Below are positions 36,684-45,073 of a DNA stretch of 64,000 nt, one piece after another. Origin of the DNA: a virus; IMG/VR virus record IMGVR_UViG_3300008114_000013; one strand, 5' to 3'. The notes under the pieces are model-generated. The model had not been told where the DNA came from and ran no database searches. It saw only the letters and a program-made list of their open reading frames with translations. A program made the position numbers and the translations under genes. Numbering within the stretch: position 1 is the first letter of the stretch; the number at the start of each line of letters is the position of its first letter.

Positions 36684-36857
36684 TTACTGTACTGCAGGTT
36701 CTACCACAGGGGCTTCAGCAGCGGTAGTATCTACTGTAGTCACTCCGGTAGTATCAGCTGCTACTGCAGTTGAGTCCGTAGTACCTTCGGTAGTACCTTT
36801 ACCTCCACATGCTACCATAAGAGATGCGAGGGCCAAAATTGCGATTACTTTTTTCAT
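36684..36857 (-). CDS. Small lipoprotein (57 aa) with Bacteroidota O-glycosylation sequons
   Basis: Read manually: MKKVIAILALASLMVA-CGGKGTTEGTTDSTAVAADTTGVTTVDTTAAEAPVVEPAVQ; lipobox Cys17; DST, DTT, DTT. Confidence 0.85.
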   Translation of the reverse strand: MKKVIAILALASLMVACGGKGTTEGTTDSTAVAADTTGVTTVDTTAAEAPVVEPAVQ

Positions 36858-36923
36858 CTTTCTTTTGTTTGTGTAGTGAGTCCGTTGATATAGGTGGTAC
36901 TCTTTGCCTATCTTATTGTGGTA

Positions 36924-36954
36924 TAAATATACGAAATAATTTCCATTATTCCAA
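36924..36954 (-). promoter_or_regulatory. Bacteroidota-type promoter of the lipoprotein gene
   Basis: TTG-N20-TATATTTA. Confidence 0.7.
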
Positions 36955-36967
36955 GTACTTTCAAAAA

Positions 36968-37354
36968 TTAATGTCCAAGGGTACGATTTACGTTATCTAG
37001 GTATATACCATCTATCTTGGGTTGGCTCTGGTTACTTAACCAACTACTAGCCTGTTGTTCCAGCTCTATGGCTGCCTCCATATCCTTATGTAGGGCGGCT
37101 ACTCCCTTAACTGCCTGGTATCCGTTAACTCGTAGTGCCTTCTTCTCTAGCTTCTCTCTTTCGAATGTGGAGATAAATCGGTATACACTATCGATAGTAC
37201 TAAACACCTTATTCAGGCCATGTCGCTTGTTAGATAGTCCGTATAGTATAACATCCTCCACACCATCTTTGGTACGAAGTGTTTGTCTGACTGGGTTGAG
37301 TTTGTATCCTTTAGGTAGTGTACAATCCATGTCGTTTGGTAGTAGATAATCCAT
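36968..37354 (-). CDS. Hypothetical early protein
   Basis: 128-aa ORF. Confidence 0.65.
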   Translation of the reverse strand: MDYLLPNDMDCTLPKGYKLNPVRQTLRTKDGVEDVILYGLSNKRHGLNKVFSTIDSVYRFISTFEREKLEKKALRVNGYQAVKGVAALHKDMEAAIELEQQASSWLSNQSQPKIDGIYLDNVNRTLGH

Positions 37355-37357
37355 TGT

Positions 37358-37549
37358 TTAGTTATTTAAGAATTTTAAGAATGATTTCCAGTCAACACAC
37401 ATTAGGGAGAATAACCCTATTCCGAAGAAGAATGCGGATACACCTTCATTCGAGTCAACATACATCCATTTCGATAGTTCACCAGAGTTGATGAAGTACC
37501 CTATGGTAAGGGAAGCGAGGGAAAGGAGGAGGATTTGATAATTTTTCAT
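37358..37549 (-). CDS. Small two-TM membrane protein
   Basis: Start moved to MKNYQILL, which follows the C-rich leader. Confidence 0.6.
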   Translation of the reverse strand: MKNYQILLLSLASLTIGYFINSGELSKWMYVDSNEGVSAFFFGIGLFSLMCVDWKSFLKFLNN

Positions 37550-37560
37550 AGTATAGGGGA

Positions 37561-37886
37561 TTAGGGAGCGATTAACCATTCGTTGTAGATGTACTCATAG
37601 TCATGACCAGTGATTTCAGAGAACTTTTCAAATACCCTCTCTCTTATCACACTATCATGCACTCCGATGTACTCATATACACACCCACCTCTAATCTCGC
37701 ACCGAAGTGTCCGAACTCCATCACATCGTAGTAACCGAGGTCCACCTTATACAGATGGGTTGGGTACTTACCACTACCATAGTACACGCGGTGTTGTATG
37801 TTCTCCCGCTTCACATTCGGAAGCTTCATTAGAGAAGTGATACGGCTGGAAGAGGCGGAGACGGTGAAGAAATCGAAGTCGTTCAT
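37561..37886 (-). pseudogene. Early gene with an apparent frameshift near 37675
   Basis: The ORF ends at 37647, but an alternative frame continues EYIGVHDSVIRERVFEKFSEITGHDYEYIYNEWLIAP to a stop at 37561. Confidence 0.4.
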
Positions 37887-37922
37887 AGAATAGGGGGGTT
37901 AGGTTGAACTCTTATTACATAG

Positions 37923-37953
37923 TAAAGGTAAGTAATTCTCGCGAATAATCCAA
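37923..37953 (-). promoter_or_regulatory. Bacteroidota-type early promoter
   Basis: TTG-N20-TACCTTTA plus GTAATAAGAG; near-copy at 38709-38739. Confidence 0.75.
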
Positions 37954-37970
37954 GCACTTTTGAAATTATT

Positions 37971-38210
37971 TTAGAAATTATATGCGTTCCATACATACTC
38001 TACTGGCCGCTCATATCTATGGCCGGCAGTGTGGTTTTGTTGCCAGGCCCAGCTTCCCTCATATGGTGATGGGATTACTTCCATAGTACACATACCATTG
38101 GAGTTGATACTAACGAGCTTTGCCCGTAGGGTTGGTGAGAAGTTCTCCGATACCGGAAAGCCAATGCGAGGTTTAAGTTCTTCTGCGTAGTTTATTTTGA
38201 AGGGGTTCAT
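37971..38210 (-). CDS. Hypothetical early protein
   Basis: 79-aa ORF. Confidence 0.6.
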   Translation of the reverse strand: MNPFKINYAEELKPRIGFPVSENFSPTLRAKLVSINSNGMCTMEVIPSPYEGSWAWQQNHTAGHRYERPVEYVWNAYNF

Positions 38211-38211
38211 A

Positions 38212-38361
38212 TTAGTTGTGATTTAGGGTCCATACTCCATTTGCCATCATTGCGGTGAATGCTTTTCTCGGCATTACTCTTTCTACTCCATTGGGGAATA
38301 GGACTAGGACGATGGATTGTCCGTAGTGTAACCATGTTCTGGTGATGTGTGGTTCTGTCAT
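38212..38361 (-). CDS. Small hypothetical protein (49 aa)
   Basis: Read manually: MTEPHITRTWLHYGQSIVLVLFPNGVERVMPRKAF...; fills the operon gap. Confidence 0.55.
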   Translation of the reverse strand: MTEPHITRTWLHYGQSIVLVLFPNGVERVMPRKAFTAMMANGVWTLNHN

Positions 38362-38365
38362 ATCT

Positions 38366-38671
38366 TTAGATGATTGATTTTAGAATTGAATTAGAGAAGT
38401 TGTACTGAAGTTTCAGTTGGTTACCAGCCTCTTTAGGAGATAACTCATTAAGGATTCTATCGATAACATTCCCTTCAGATTTGTAAATCTTTAAGAAGTT
38501 CAAAATCGCTTTATGTTGTGGTCTGGTACGGAAGGAGAAAGTAAATCCATACTTACTAATGGTTGGTGCCCCACTTCGTACTGCCAAACCTTTTTTAGAA
38601 GTTGGTTTGAAGATTCCGGCTTCTTCTACATTCACGGATGAGTAACGGGGGTTGTTTCTGTAACTGGTCAT
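38366..38671 (-). CDS. Hypothetical early protein
   Basis: Start moved to MTSYRNNPRY, downstream of the promoter and C-rich leader. Confidence 0.6.
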   Translation of the reverse strand: MTSYRNNPRYSSVNVEEAGIFKPTSKKGLAVRSGAPTISKYGFTFSFRTRPQHKAILNFLKIYKSEGNVIDRILNELSPKEAGNQLKLQYNFSNSILKSII

Positions 38672-38708
38672 AATCAGGGGGGTTAGTAGTTCATCATTCA
38701 TTACATAG

Positions 38709-38739
38709 TAAAGGTAAGTAATTGTGAGCAAAAATCCAA
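38709..38739 (-). promoter_or_regulatory. Bacteroidota-type early promoter
   Basis: TTG-N20-TACCTTTA. Confidence 0.75.
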
Positions 38740-38797
38740 GCAATTATGAAATTATTTTTAGTGACAATGTGTCACACTTTGAGTTGTCCGATTGGAT

Positions 38798-38855
38798 GGG
38801 ACGACTGAACTGTAGACATTCTGTCGATGGTTACTATACTCCGCCCGCCCGTCCC
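38798..38855 (-). ncRNA. Putative promoter-driven small structured RNA
   Basis: Promoter at 38857-38887 points into GGGACGG...TCGTCCC (paired ends, internal GACA-GAA-TGTC hairpin); no ORF. Confidence 0.45.
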
Positions 38856-38950
38856 TTAAAGGTACAAAGAATATTTCAGAAAGTCAAGCATTTTGATGGA
38901 TTTATTTTTCATCTATTTTTGTCCAATTCTTTCTACGATTTGTCCGTCCT

Positions 38951-38978
38951 ATTTAACATAATCTGGATTATATAACAA
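38951..38978. other. dif-like XerC/XerD recombination site
   Basis: ATTTAACATAA-TCTGGA-TTATATAACAA; the left arm is the exact reverse complement of the XerD arm TTATGTTAAAT; 6-bp spacer. Confidence 0.75.
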
Positions 38979-39022
38979 ACTTTTTGTACTTTTCTTTCAC
39001 AAGCTTGTACTTTAATGTAATG

Positions 39023-39119
39023 TTAGGCTCGTCTAAACTTTCCGATTTAGGTTCGTCTAAATTACTGACATTGTGTCAGACGAATTTACAATTGTAAACA
39101 AATTTTAGGCCCATCTAAA
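39023..39119. repeat. Three TTAGG-N4-TCTAA imperfect palindromes (DtxR/MntR-box-like) and a TTTACAATTGTAAA palindrome (BlaI/CopY-box-like)
   Basis: 39023-39036, 39046-39061, 39104-39119; 39085-39098. Confidence 0.55.
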
Positions 39120-39345
39120 CTTTTTGGTTTTATCTCGTAGACTACCAAAGTTAATCAGGGCAATGGAAATGGGGTTTTCGTTTTTATGACAATGTGTCAG
39201 ACTACCTCTCTATAAAAAAATTTTGCTACGGACGATGTGAATGGGTGGGATATTCCCTTTCTTTATGACAGTGTATTACTGATGTGTGTGTTTATTGTAG
39301 TGTATCGGTATGTGAATATCTATTTTGACAGATGTAAGTGTTTTA

Positions 39346-39389
39346 CCACACCTTACCACTCTGTCCCACTTCACCCCACTCTCTCCCAC
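39346..39389 (-). repeat. Five GTGG direct repeats at exact 10-bp period (MraZ-box-like)
   Basis: GTGGGAGAGA GTGGGGTGAA GTGGGACAGA GTGGTAAGGT GTGG. Confidence 0.75.
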
Positions 39390-39418
39390 CTTATTTGCTA
39401 CACTACTATCTCCCTCTC

Positions 39419-39709
39419 TTAATCGATTAATGGAATGGAATTGTAGATACCTATTACCCCTACTACCAACCAGAATGCATTGAGTAGAATGTAGGGTTTG
39501 TTTCCTCTTTGATAGGCACAATAGGTTAGTAATACGGCATCTATTGAGTTCCATATCCACATCCATAAGAACGGTGTGTCTTTACCCATTATGGATAGTA
39601 ATCCAAAGGCAAGGATTCTCATTAGGACTCCTATACCTTCTAGTCTTTCTATTGTTCTTTCGGATTTAATAGATTTTATTTTCATTTGTTTCCGATGGGG
39701 TTTAATCAA
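39419..39709 (-). CDS. Small three-TM membrane protein
   Basis: Hydrophobic helices; ILLNAFWLVVGVIGIY. Confidence 0.65.
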   Translation of the reverse strand: MIKPHRKQMKIKSIKSERTIERLEGIGVLMRILAFGLLSIMGKDTPFLWMWIWNSIDAVLLTYCAYQRGNKPYILLNAFWLVVGVIGIYNSIPLID

Positions 39710-40112
39710 AAAATGATGTTATTATACTCTTTATATTATGGATGTCCTTTACCATCCATACGGGTCGAATTATGGGTTTCCATCCCGCATCTCTTTTTAC
39801 CCATATATCTATCACTTTATCTCCCATCATTCCTATATAGGGTATGGGTTGTAGTGCTTGTGTTTGTGATACGGGTGTTACTACTCCGTTTATATCTCTT
39901 TCTCCTGCATAGGTAGAATGAATGGGTTTATTGATTTGTAGATAACCTTCCCACTTTCCTACAGGGTATGAGTACACACTCCATAAGTAGTTATCTACTC
40001 CTACCTTTAGATTCCTTCCTTCGTATATTATATTCCATAACTTTGTTCCTTTTACTATTGAACTCTCTCCTAGCTTTTGGGGGTTCTGTATATGGATATT
40101 TGCTTTATTCAA
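39702..40112 (-). CDS. Hypothetical protein
   Basis: 136-aa ORF overlapping its neighbours. Confidence 0.6.
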   Translation of the reverse strand: MNKANIHIQNPQKLGESSIVKGTKLWNIIYEGRNLKVGVDNYLWSVYSYPVGKWEGYLQINKPIHSTYAGERDINGVVTPVSQTQALQPIPYIGMMGDKVIDIWVKRDAGWKPIIRPVWMVKDIHNIKSIITSFFD

Positions 40113-40794
40113 CTGAATTATTTTTTGTATGATTGTCAGACTTTTTGGAAACTGCTCTGCCTTCCATCTTCTCCCAATCTCTATCCCATCTCACTGCATC
40201 GTTTGTCCTTTGTGCTGCCGATAGAACATTGTCGATAGTACCCAACTCCTTCGTCAGGTAGAGAAATGCTGCCAGGTCCTTCGGGAAGCAGTGTCCACCG
40301 AATCCAAAATCTCCATCATGTCCCGGTACTCCCCAATGGGAATCTCCTAATCTCTCATCCATAGTAGCATACTCAATTACCTTATCGTAATCTGCTCCTA
40401 CCTCATTACACAATTGATATATCTCATTAGCAAAGGATACCTTTACAGATAGGAATGTGTTGGTTACATACTTCACCATTTCTGCGTATGTCGAATTCGT
40501 CTTAATGATATGTGCCTTTGGGAATACCTTTGAGAATATCTGTTTAATACCATTCGTCTTTCCAATCTCGTCGATTTGTTTAATAACTCCCTCAACAATG
40601 TCCGTATTGCATGACCCATCCTCATTCATTGGGGTTGGTAAGCAAACGAATACATAATCGGATTCAGCTACGGATTCAAATGTGGAATTCGCTTTACTCG
40701 AATCCAAATCGAATGTACTCACTTCATAATACTTTTTGAACTTCTGGTAAACTGCGTTACCTACGAACCCTTGTCCTACTATTCCTAATTTCAT
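40105..40794 (-). pseudogene. UDP-glucose/GDP-mannose dehydrogenase family protein with an in-frame internal deletion
   Basis: GQGFVG, VCLPTP, AEMVKY..N and GFGGHCFPKD are present; the KST and NPEFL segment is missing. Confidence 0.65.
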
Positions 40795-42068
40795 CTAAAA
40801 AACTGATTTAATTTATCTACTACTTCTGCTTTTACTTCTACTTTTTTATCACTTTCTTCCTTATATGGATTACTAATTTCATAGTTTATTCTATTTTCAG
40901 CAATCTCCATATATTCTTTTTCTCTTTCAATACCAACGAAGTCAAAACCACCTCTAATTGCAGCTTTTCCAGTAGAACCACTACCCATAAAGGGGTCAAG
41001 AGTTGTTCCACCTTTCGGTGTCACTAAACGGATTAGATATAACATCAAATCGGTTGGTTTGACGGTTGGGTGTATGTTTCCTTCGTTTCTGTCACCTTTA
41101 GAAGTTTTGGGACAATAGAAGAAACGAGATACTCCTTCATATTGCTCATCTAATATCTTACCCGCTTCCTCATCAAAGATTATGTTTGCAGGAAATCTGC
41201 CAAGAGTTTGAGAGTGTTCTACTTTTTGTTTCATTTTCTCACCAAACTCTTTCATCTTCTCTTCATCGTGCATCCACGGTCTATCAAATCCTTCAATATC
41301 CAATACTGAACCATTTGTTGCACCACCACCAAGATTATCATTAGTAGGTATTCTACTATCATCTATATTTATTCCACCAGTGCCCCACTCTAATACATTA
41401 TTGCCTACCGTTTTTTCACTCAATGGTTTTCTTGCCATTACAATAGGTTCATGTGCGGGTTTAAGAGCAGTTCCCCAACCTCCCCATTCGTTTGTTATTT
41501 CATATACAGGTATATCACCAGATATTTGTTTTCCACCCATAGATTTACCAGGAACATATTCTTTTGAGTATGAATAACCACTTGTACCAGTTTCTACTTT
41601 AATTCCTTGTTTTGTACCAATCTGTTTTAAGTTTTTTATACCACCAACTTTAATCTTTTCAATATCTTTACCAATATCTCTTGATTTAGGAAATCCGGAA
41701 CCATATATCCACATCATTTGGTCTCTAATCTCAAACCCAGCATTTTCCACTCCACTTGCTAATCGGTGATACATTCTACTTCCACCAAAGGCTAACATAT
41801 ACCCACCTGGTTTTAGAACTCTCATACATTCTATAGACCATTCGGTCACCCATTTCTCAAACTCAATGTTATCGGCAAGGGTGGTCATTTTCATACCAGC
41901 TCCTAAACCTTTAACTACTTGTGATTGGGTTTCTCTAGTTGCCTTTACTTTATCCCAATCTTTACCCATAAAGGAAAGTCCGTAAGGTGGGTCTGTTACG
42001 ATTGAGTCAATAGAATTATCGTCTAACTCTTTTAGTTTATCTAAACAATCTCCTAATAATAATTTCAT
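40791..42068 (-). CDS. DNA amino-methyltransferase (N6-adenine/N4-cytosine, beta class)
   Basis: TDPPY, HPTVKP and DPFMGSGSTG motifs. Confidence 0.92.
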   Translation of the reverse strand: MKLLLGDCLDKLKELDDNSIDSIVTDPPYGLSFMGKDWDKVKATRETQSQVVKGLGAGMKMTTLADNIEFEKWVTEWSIECMRVLKPGGYMLAFGGSRMYHRLASGVENAGFEIRDQMMWIYGSGFPKSRDIGKDIEKIKVGGIKNLKQIGTKQGIKVETGTSGYSYSKEYVPGKSMGGKQISGDIPVYEITNEWGGWGTALKPAHEPIVMARKPLSEKTVGNNVLEWGTGGINIDDSRIPTNDNLGGGATNGSVLDIEGFDRPWMHDEEKMKEFGEKMKQKVEHSQTLGRFPANIIFDEEAGKILDEQYEGVSRFFYCPKTSKGDRNEGNIHPTVKPTDLMLYLIRLVTPKGGTTLDPFMGSGSTGKAAIRGGFDFVGIEREKEYMEIAENRINYEISNPYKEESDKKVEVKAEVVDKLNQFFR

Positions 42069-42084
42069 AACCTATTTTGTGATT

Positions 42085-42918
42085 TTAATTTACTAATTTT
42101 ACTCCATATTTCTTCAAAAATGCGGGAATATCTTTGGATTTGATTACTTCAACATTTTGGTATTTGGATGTCAATTTATCAATTAGTCCTTTATTCGAAG
42201 TTAGGGCACTTTTAGCAGCTAAACCTATACCATAACTATCTTCAATTACCCCAATCTTTTCTACTTTAATTTTACTTAAAACTATCTCATTCCAATTTGC
42301 TCTTGAACCTAGGTAAGTAGAATTGATATATTTATTTTGAAAGGATTCTTTATTTTTCAACATTAACTTATACGCAGTATCTATGTAGGTTTTGATAAAG
42401 TATGCCTTTTCTTCCTTTGTCAAATCAGGTTGATTTTTATGAATATCATTGTATGAGGATGTGAATTTTTCCCATTTTTCTTTGAGCGGTTTTAATTGAG
42501 GAGTAGAATCTATGGTTTTGATTTCTTCACTAAATTCTTTATAAAAAGCATTGCCAGGAGCAACCCATCTTCTACCACCTTCATCTGGTTTTGTCCATAA
42601 ATCTTCAACACTTTCTGCTAAAACTATACCAGAAAGTAGAACCAAAACTCCACCCTTCGTCCACATTCCAGCACCTGTGGCAGGACCTGAATCCGTACTC
42701 GTAGTTACTTTGTTAAATGCGGAAATAGATTTACTCTGTCCTTCCATACTTACTAATTTTGGAAGATTATCAACATCTGTTACATGGAATGCAGTTGTCC
42801 GTTTCGTTTCTACCATTTGTTTTATAATTGGTAGTGATAGAGGAATCATGCCATTCATACACATTTCGAGTGTGGATGCCTGCCATTTGATTTCTTTTAG
42901 TAGTTGGGCAAGTTTCAT
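42085..42918 (-). CDS. Late-expressed hypothetical protein (possible internal head protein)
   Basis: MKLAQLLKEI N-terminus; TATTTATA upstream. Confidence 0.55.
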   Translation of the reverse strand: MKLAQLLKEIKWQASTLEMCMNGMIPLSLPIIKQMVETKRTTAFHVTDVDNLPKLVSMEGQSKSISAFNKVTTSTDSGPATGAGMWTKGGVLVLLSGIVLAESVEDLWTKPDEGGRRWVAPGNAFYKEFSEEIKTIDSTPQLKPLKEKWEKFTSSYNDIHKNQPDLTKEEKAYFIKTYIDTAYKLMLKNKESFQNKYINSTYLGSRANWNEIVLSKIKVEKIGVIEDSYGIGLAAKSALTSNKGLIDKLTSKYQNVEVIKSKDIPAFLKKYGVKLVN

Positions 42919-42946
42919 AGAAAAAGGTATATACTATAAATATAGA

Positions 42947-43270
42947 TTATATTGAGAAACTTTCTCCACAACCACAAGTTCTACTAGCATTTGGATTGAC
43001 AAACTGAAATCCTTTACCATTCAATCCATCGGAGTATTCCAATTCAGTTCCGATTAGATACAATAGTGACTTTCTATCTATTAGTATTTTCACACCCTTA
43101 TCTTCAGCGAGTGTATCGGCTGGGTCTTGTGTATTATCAAAAGAAAGGTCATACGCTAATCCACTACACCCTCCACCTTTTACGGATACTCTAACATACG
43201 GATTCAATGCTCCACCCTCTTCTATTAAAGAGTTTAGTTTTTTAGCGGCGGATTCAGAGACTGTTACCAT
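42947..43270 (-). CDS. iscA: Fe-S cluster carrier, IscA/HesB family
   Basis: GGGCSG and NPNASRTCGCGESF motifs. Confidence 0.95.
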   Translation of the reverse strand: MVTVSESAAKKLNSLIEEGGALNPYVRVSVKGGGCSGLAYDLSFDNTQDPADTLAEDKGVKILIDRKSLLYLIGTELEYSDGLNGKGFQFVNPNASRTCGCGESFSI

Positions 43271-43407
43271 TACCTTTCTAATGTATCTAAAATCTGTTGA
43301 ATACTTTGGATTCGCATCTTATCTTCTACTGAATGAATTTCTTGTAGTTTCAATTTAAGCAGTTCCATTTTCAATTTTTCTTTATTCTCTTTTGTCAGTT
43401 GTATCAT
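43270..43407 (-). CDS. Small coiled-coil protein (45 aa)
   Basis: Read manually: MIQLTKENKEKLKMELL...; coupled stop/start on both sides. Confidence 0.55.
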   Translation of the reverse strand: MIQLTKENKEKLKMELLKLKLQEIHSVEDKMRIQSIQQILDTLER

Positions 43408-43640
43408 TATTGAAAATTAAAATATGCATCTATATTATCGTTCATTGGTTTGTTCAATATCTCCAATTCAGTTGTCAAACTCCTTAAAAATTCCTCTGAC
43501 ATCAACCCCCACGTTCTATTTTTGTTTTCAGAGAAATAGTAAAATCCATCCACATTAATGAATTGTCCGACTATAATACCAGTAGATTTTAAATTTATAT
43601 TATAAACTTTATCTTTGACCTTTTCTTCTATAAATATCAT
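43407..43640 (-). CDS. Hypothetical protein
   Basis: 77-aa coupled ORF. Confidence 0.6.
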   Translation of the reverse strand: MIFIEEKVKDKVYNINLKSTGIIVGQFINVDGFYYFSENKNRTWGLMSEEFLRSLTTELEILNKPMNDNIDAYFNFQ

Positions 43641-43882
43641 TCTTTGGTAGTAAATTTTATAACTATTTTAGTTCCATAATCTTCAATACTATATCCACTC
43701 CATCTATTATCCAATAGAAAAAACTTTGTAAAGTTATATATAATAACTTCTCGTCCGTTCAAATACGACACCAATGAGTTTAGGGCGTAATCTATCGAAT
43801 ATCCACCTTCAAGTTTGCCACCTAGTATCAAATCTGCTATATGAGGTGCTAAATCGGTATGAGTTGATAGTACTAACTGCAT
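43637..43882 (-). CDS. Hypothetical protein
   Basis: 81-aa coupled ORF. Confidence 0.6.
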   Translation of the reverse strand: MQLVLSTHTDLAPHIADLILGGKLEGGYSIDYALNSLVSYLNGREVIIYNFTKFFLLDNRWSGYSIEDYGTKIVIKFTTKE

Positions 43883-43885
43883 AGT

Positions 43886-45070
43886 TTAGTTTGAAAGAGG
43901 TGCTTTGATTTTAGGATGTGATTGATAACCTACCAACTCAAAACAATCAGGTCTATAACTCATAATCTTTTCACTAAAAGTTTTTTCACCCAATCTTTCT
44001 TTTACCAATTGGTGTTGATACCAATTTCTTTCGGTTATTTGTACCTTTGGTAATTCAAATGGTTCCCTACTGATTTGTTCTTTCGCTTGCTCAATGTGGT
44101 TTGAATATAGATGCACATCTCCCAAATTACCAATCAATTCGTCCGCATACATCCCCACTTCCTTTGCAATAATAGCCAATAACAATCCATAAGAAGCAAT
44201 GTTAAATGGTAATCCTAAAAATGTATCCACACTTCTTTGATTCCACATTAAAGAGATTGCTCTCTTTGGTGTTGAATCGTAATACTTGTCATCAAAATCA
44301 GGTATCAGTTCATCGTTGAATTCCATACCAGTCTCATAGTTCTTATTGAACCAGATTCTGTATCTTTCCTTATTACTCAACTCTCTTGTATAAACCTGGA
44401 ATCCATAATGACAAGGTGGTAAAACCATTTGGTCTAACTCACCTACATTCCAAGCAGATACCATCAATCTTCTACTATCGGGATTTGTTTTGAGTTCGTT
44501 GATTAGGTTTGTGATTTGGTCTATATTGATATTATGATGTGTTGGTTGACCCGCCATCACATAATGATTTTTCTTGCTTTGATAATTCCACTTTCTCCAT
44601 TGCTTACCATAGATAGGTCCTAAATCACCCCACTTCTTTGCAAACTCTTCATCGGTTTTGATTTTGTTGGTAAATTGTTCCTTTGTTAATGGTATAAGTT
44701 TATCTGAATCGCTGAACATAGATTCAATATGTGGTTGTGTTCCGATAATGTCACCAGACCTATACCCATCAATGATTTCATCTACTGCTTTAGTGTAGTT
44801 TTTAAATGCATCACCATCCCAAATGTGGCAATCGTAATCCAATAGAAATTTGATGTTTGTATCTCCTCTTAAAAACCATAGGAGTTCGGTTACAATTGAA
44901 TTCCAATGCATCTTCTTTGTAGTAAGTAATGGAAACCCTTCACTCATCTTATGGCGGATTTGATGTCCGAATTCAGATATAGTACCTGTTCCAGTTCTAT
45001 CTTTTTTTTCTACTCCAAACTCAATAATATCGGAAAGTAGTTGTTGGTATCTTTTATCTAATGTATTCAT
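43886..45070 (-). CDS. thyA: Thymidylate synthase (with insertions)
   Basis: DRTGTGT, FPLLTTKK, LPPCH and QRSVDTFLGLPFNIASY motifs. Confidence 0.97.
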   Translation of the reverse strand: MNTLDKRYQQLLSDIIEFGVEKKDRTGTGTISEFGHQIRHKMSEGFPLLTTKKMHWNSIVTELLWFLRGDTNIKFLLDYDCHIWDGDAFKNYTKAVDEIIDGYRSGDIIGTQPHIESMFSDSDKLIPLTKEQFTNKIKTDEEFAKKWGDLGPIYGKQWRKWNYQSKKNHYVMAGQPTHHNINIDQITNLINELKTNPDSRRLMVSAWNVGELDQMVLPPCHYGFQVYTRELSNKERYRIWFNKNYETGMEFNDELIPDFDDKYYDSTPKRAISLMWNQRSVDTFLGLPFNIASYGLLLAIIAKEVGMYADELIGNLGDVHLYSNHIEQAKEQISREPFELPKVQITERNWYQHQLVKERLGEKTFSEKIMSYRPDCFELVGYQSHPKIKAPLSN

Positions 45071-45073
45071 TTA

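Noticed and set aside
38760-39390. CRISPR array or mini-array
   Set aside because: Repeats are short, heterogeneous and irregularly spaced, with no constant repeat-spacer units.
38724-39566. ORFs 38724-38975(+), 39237-39422(+) and 39276-39566(-)
   Set aside because: They have atypical composition and no promoter or leader, and they overlap motif arrays or a real gene.
43886-45070. ThyA as a dCMP hydroxymethylase for DNA hypermodification
   Set aside because: It retains the canonical PPCH and the dUMP-specific Asn (LPFNIASY).
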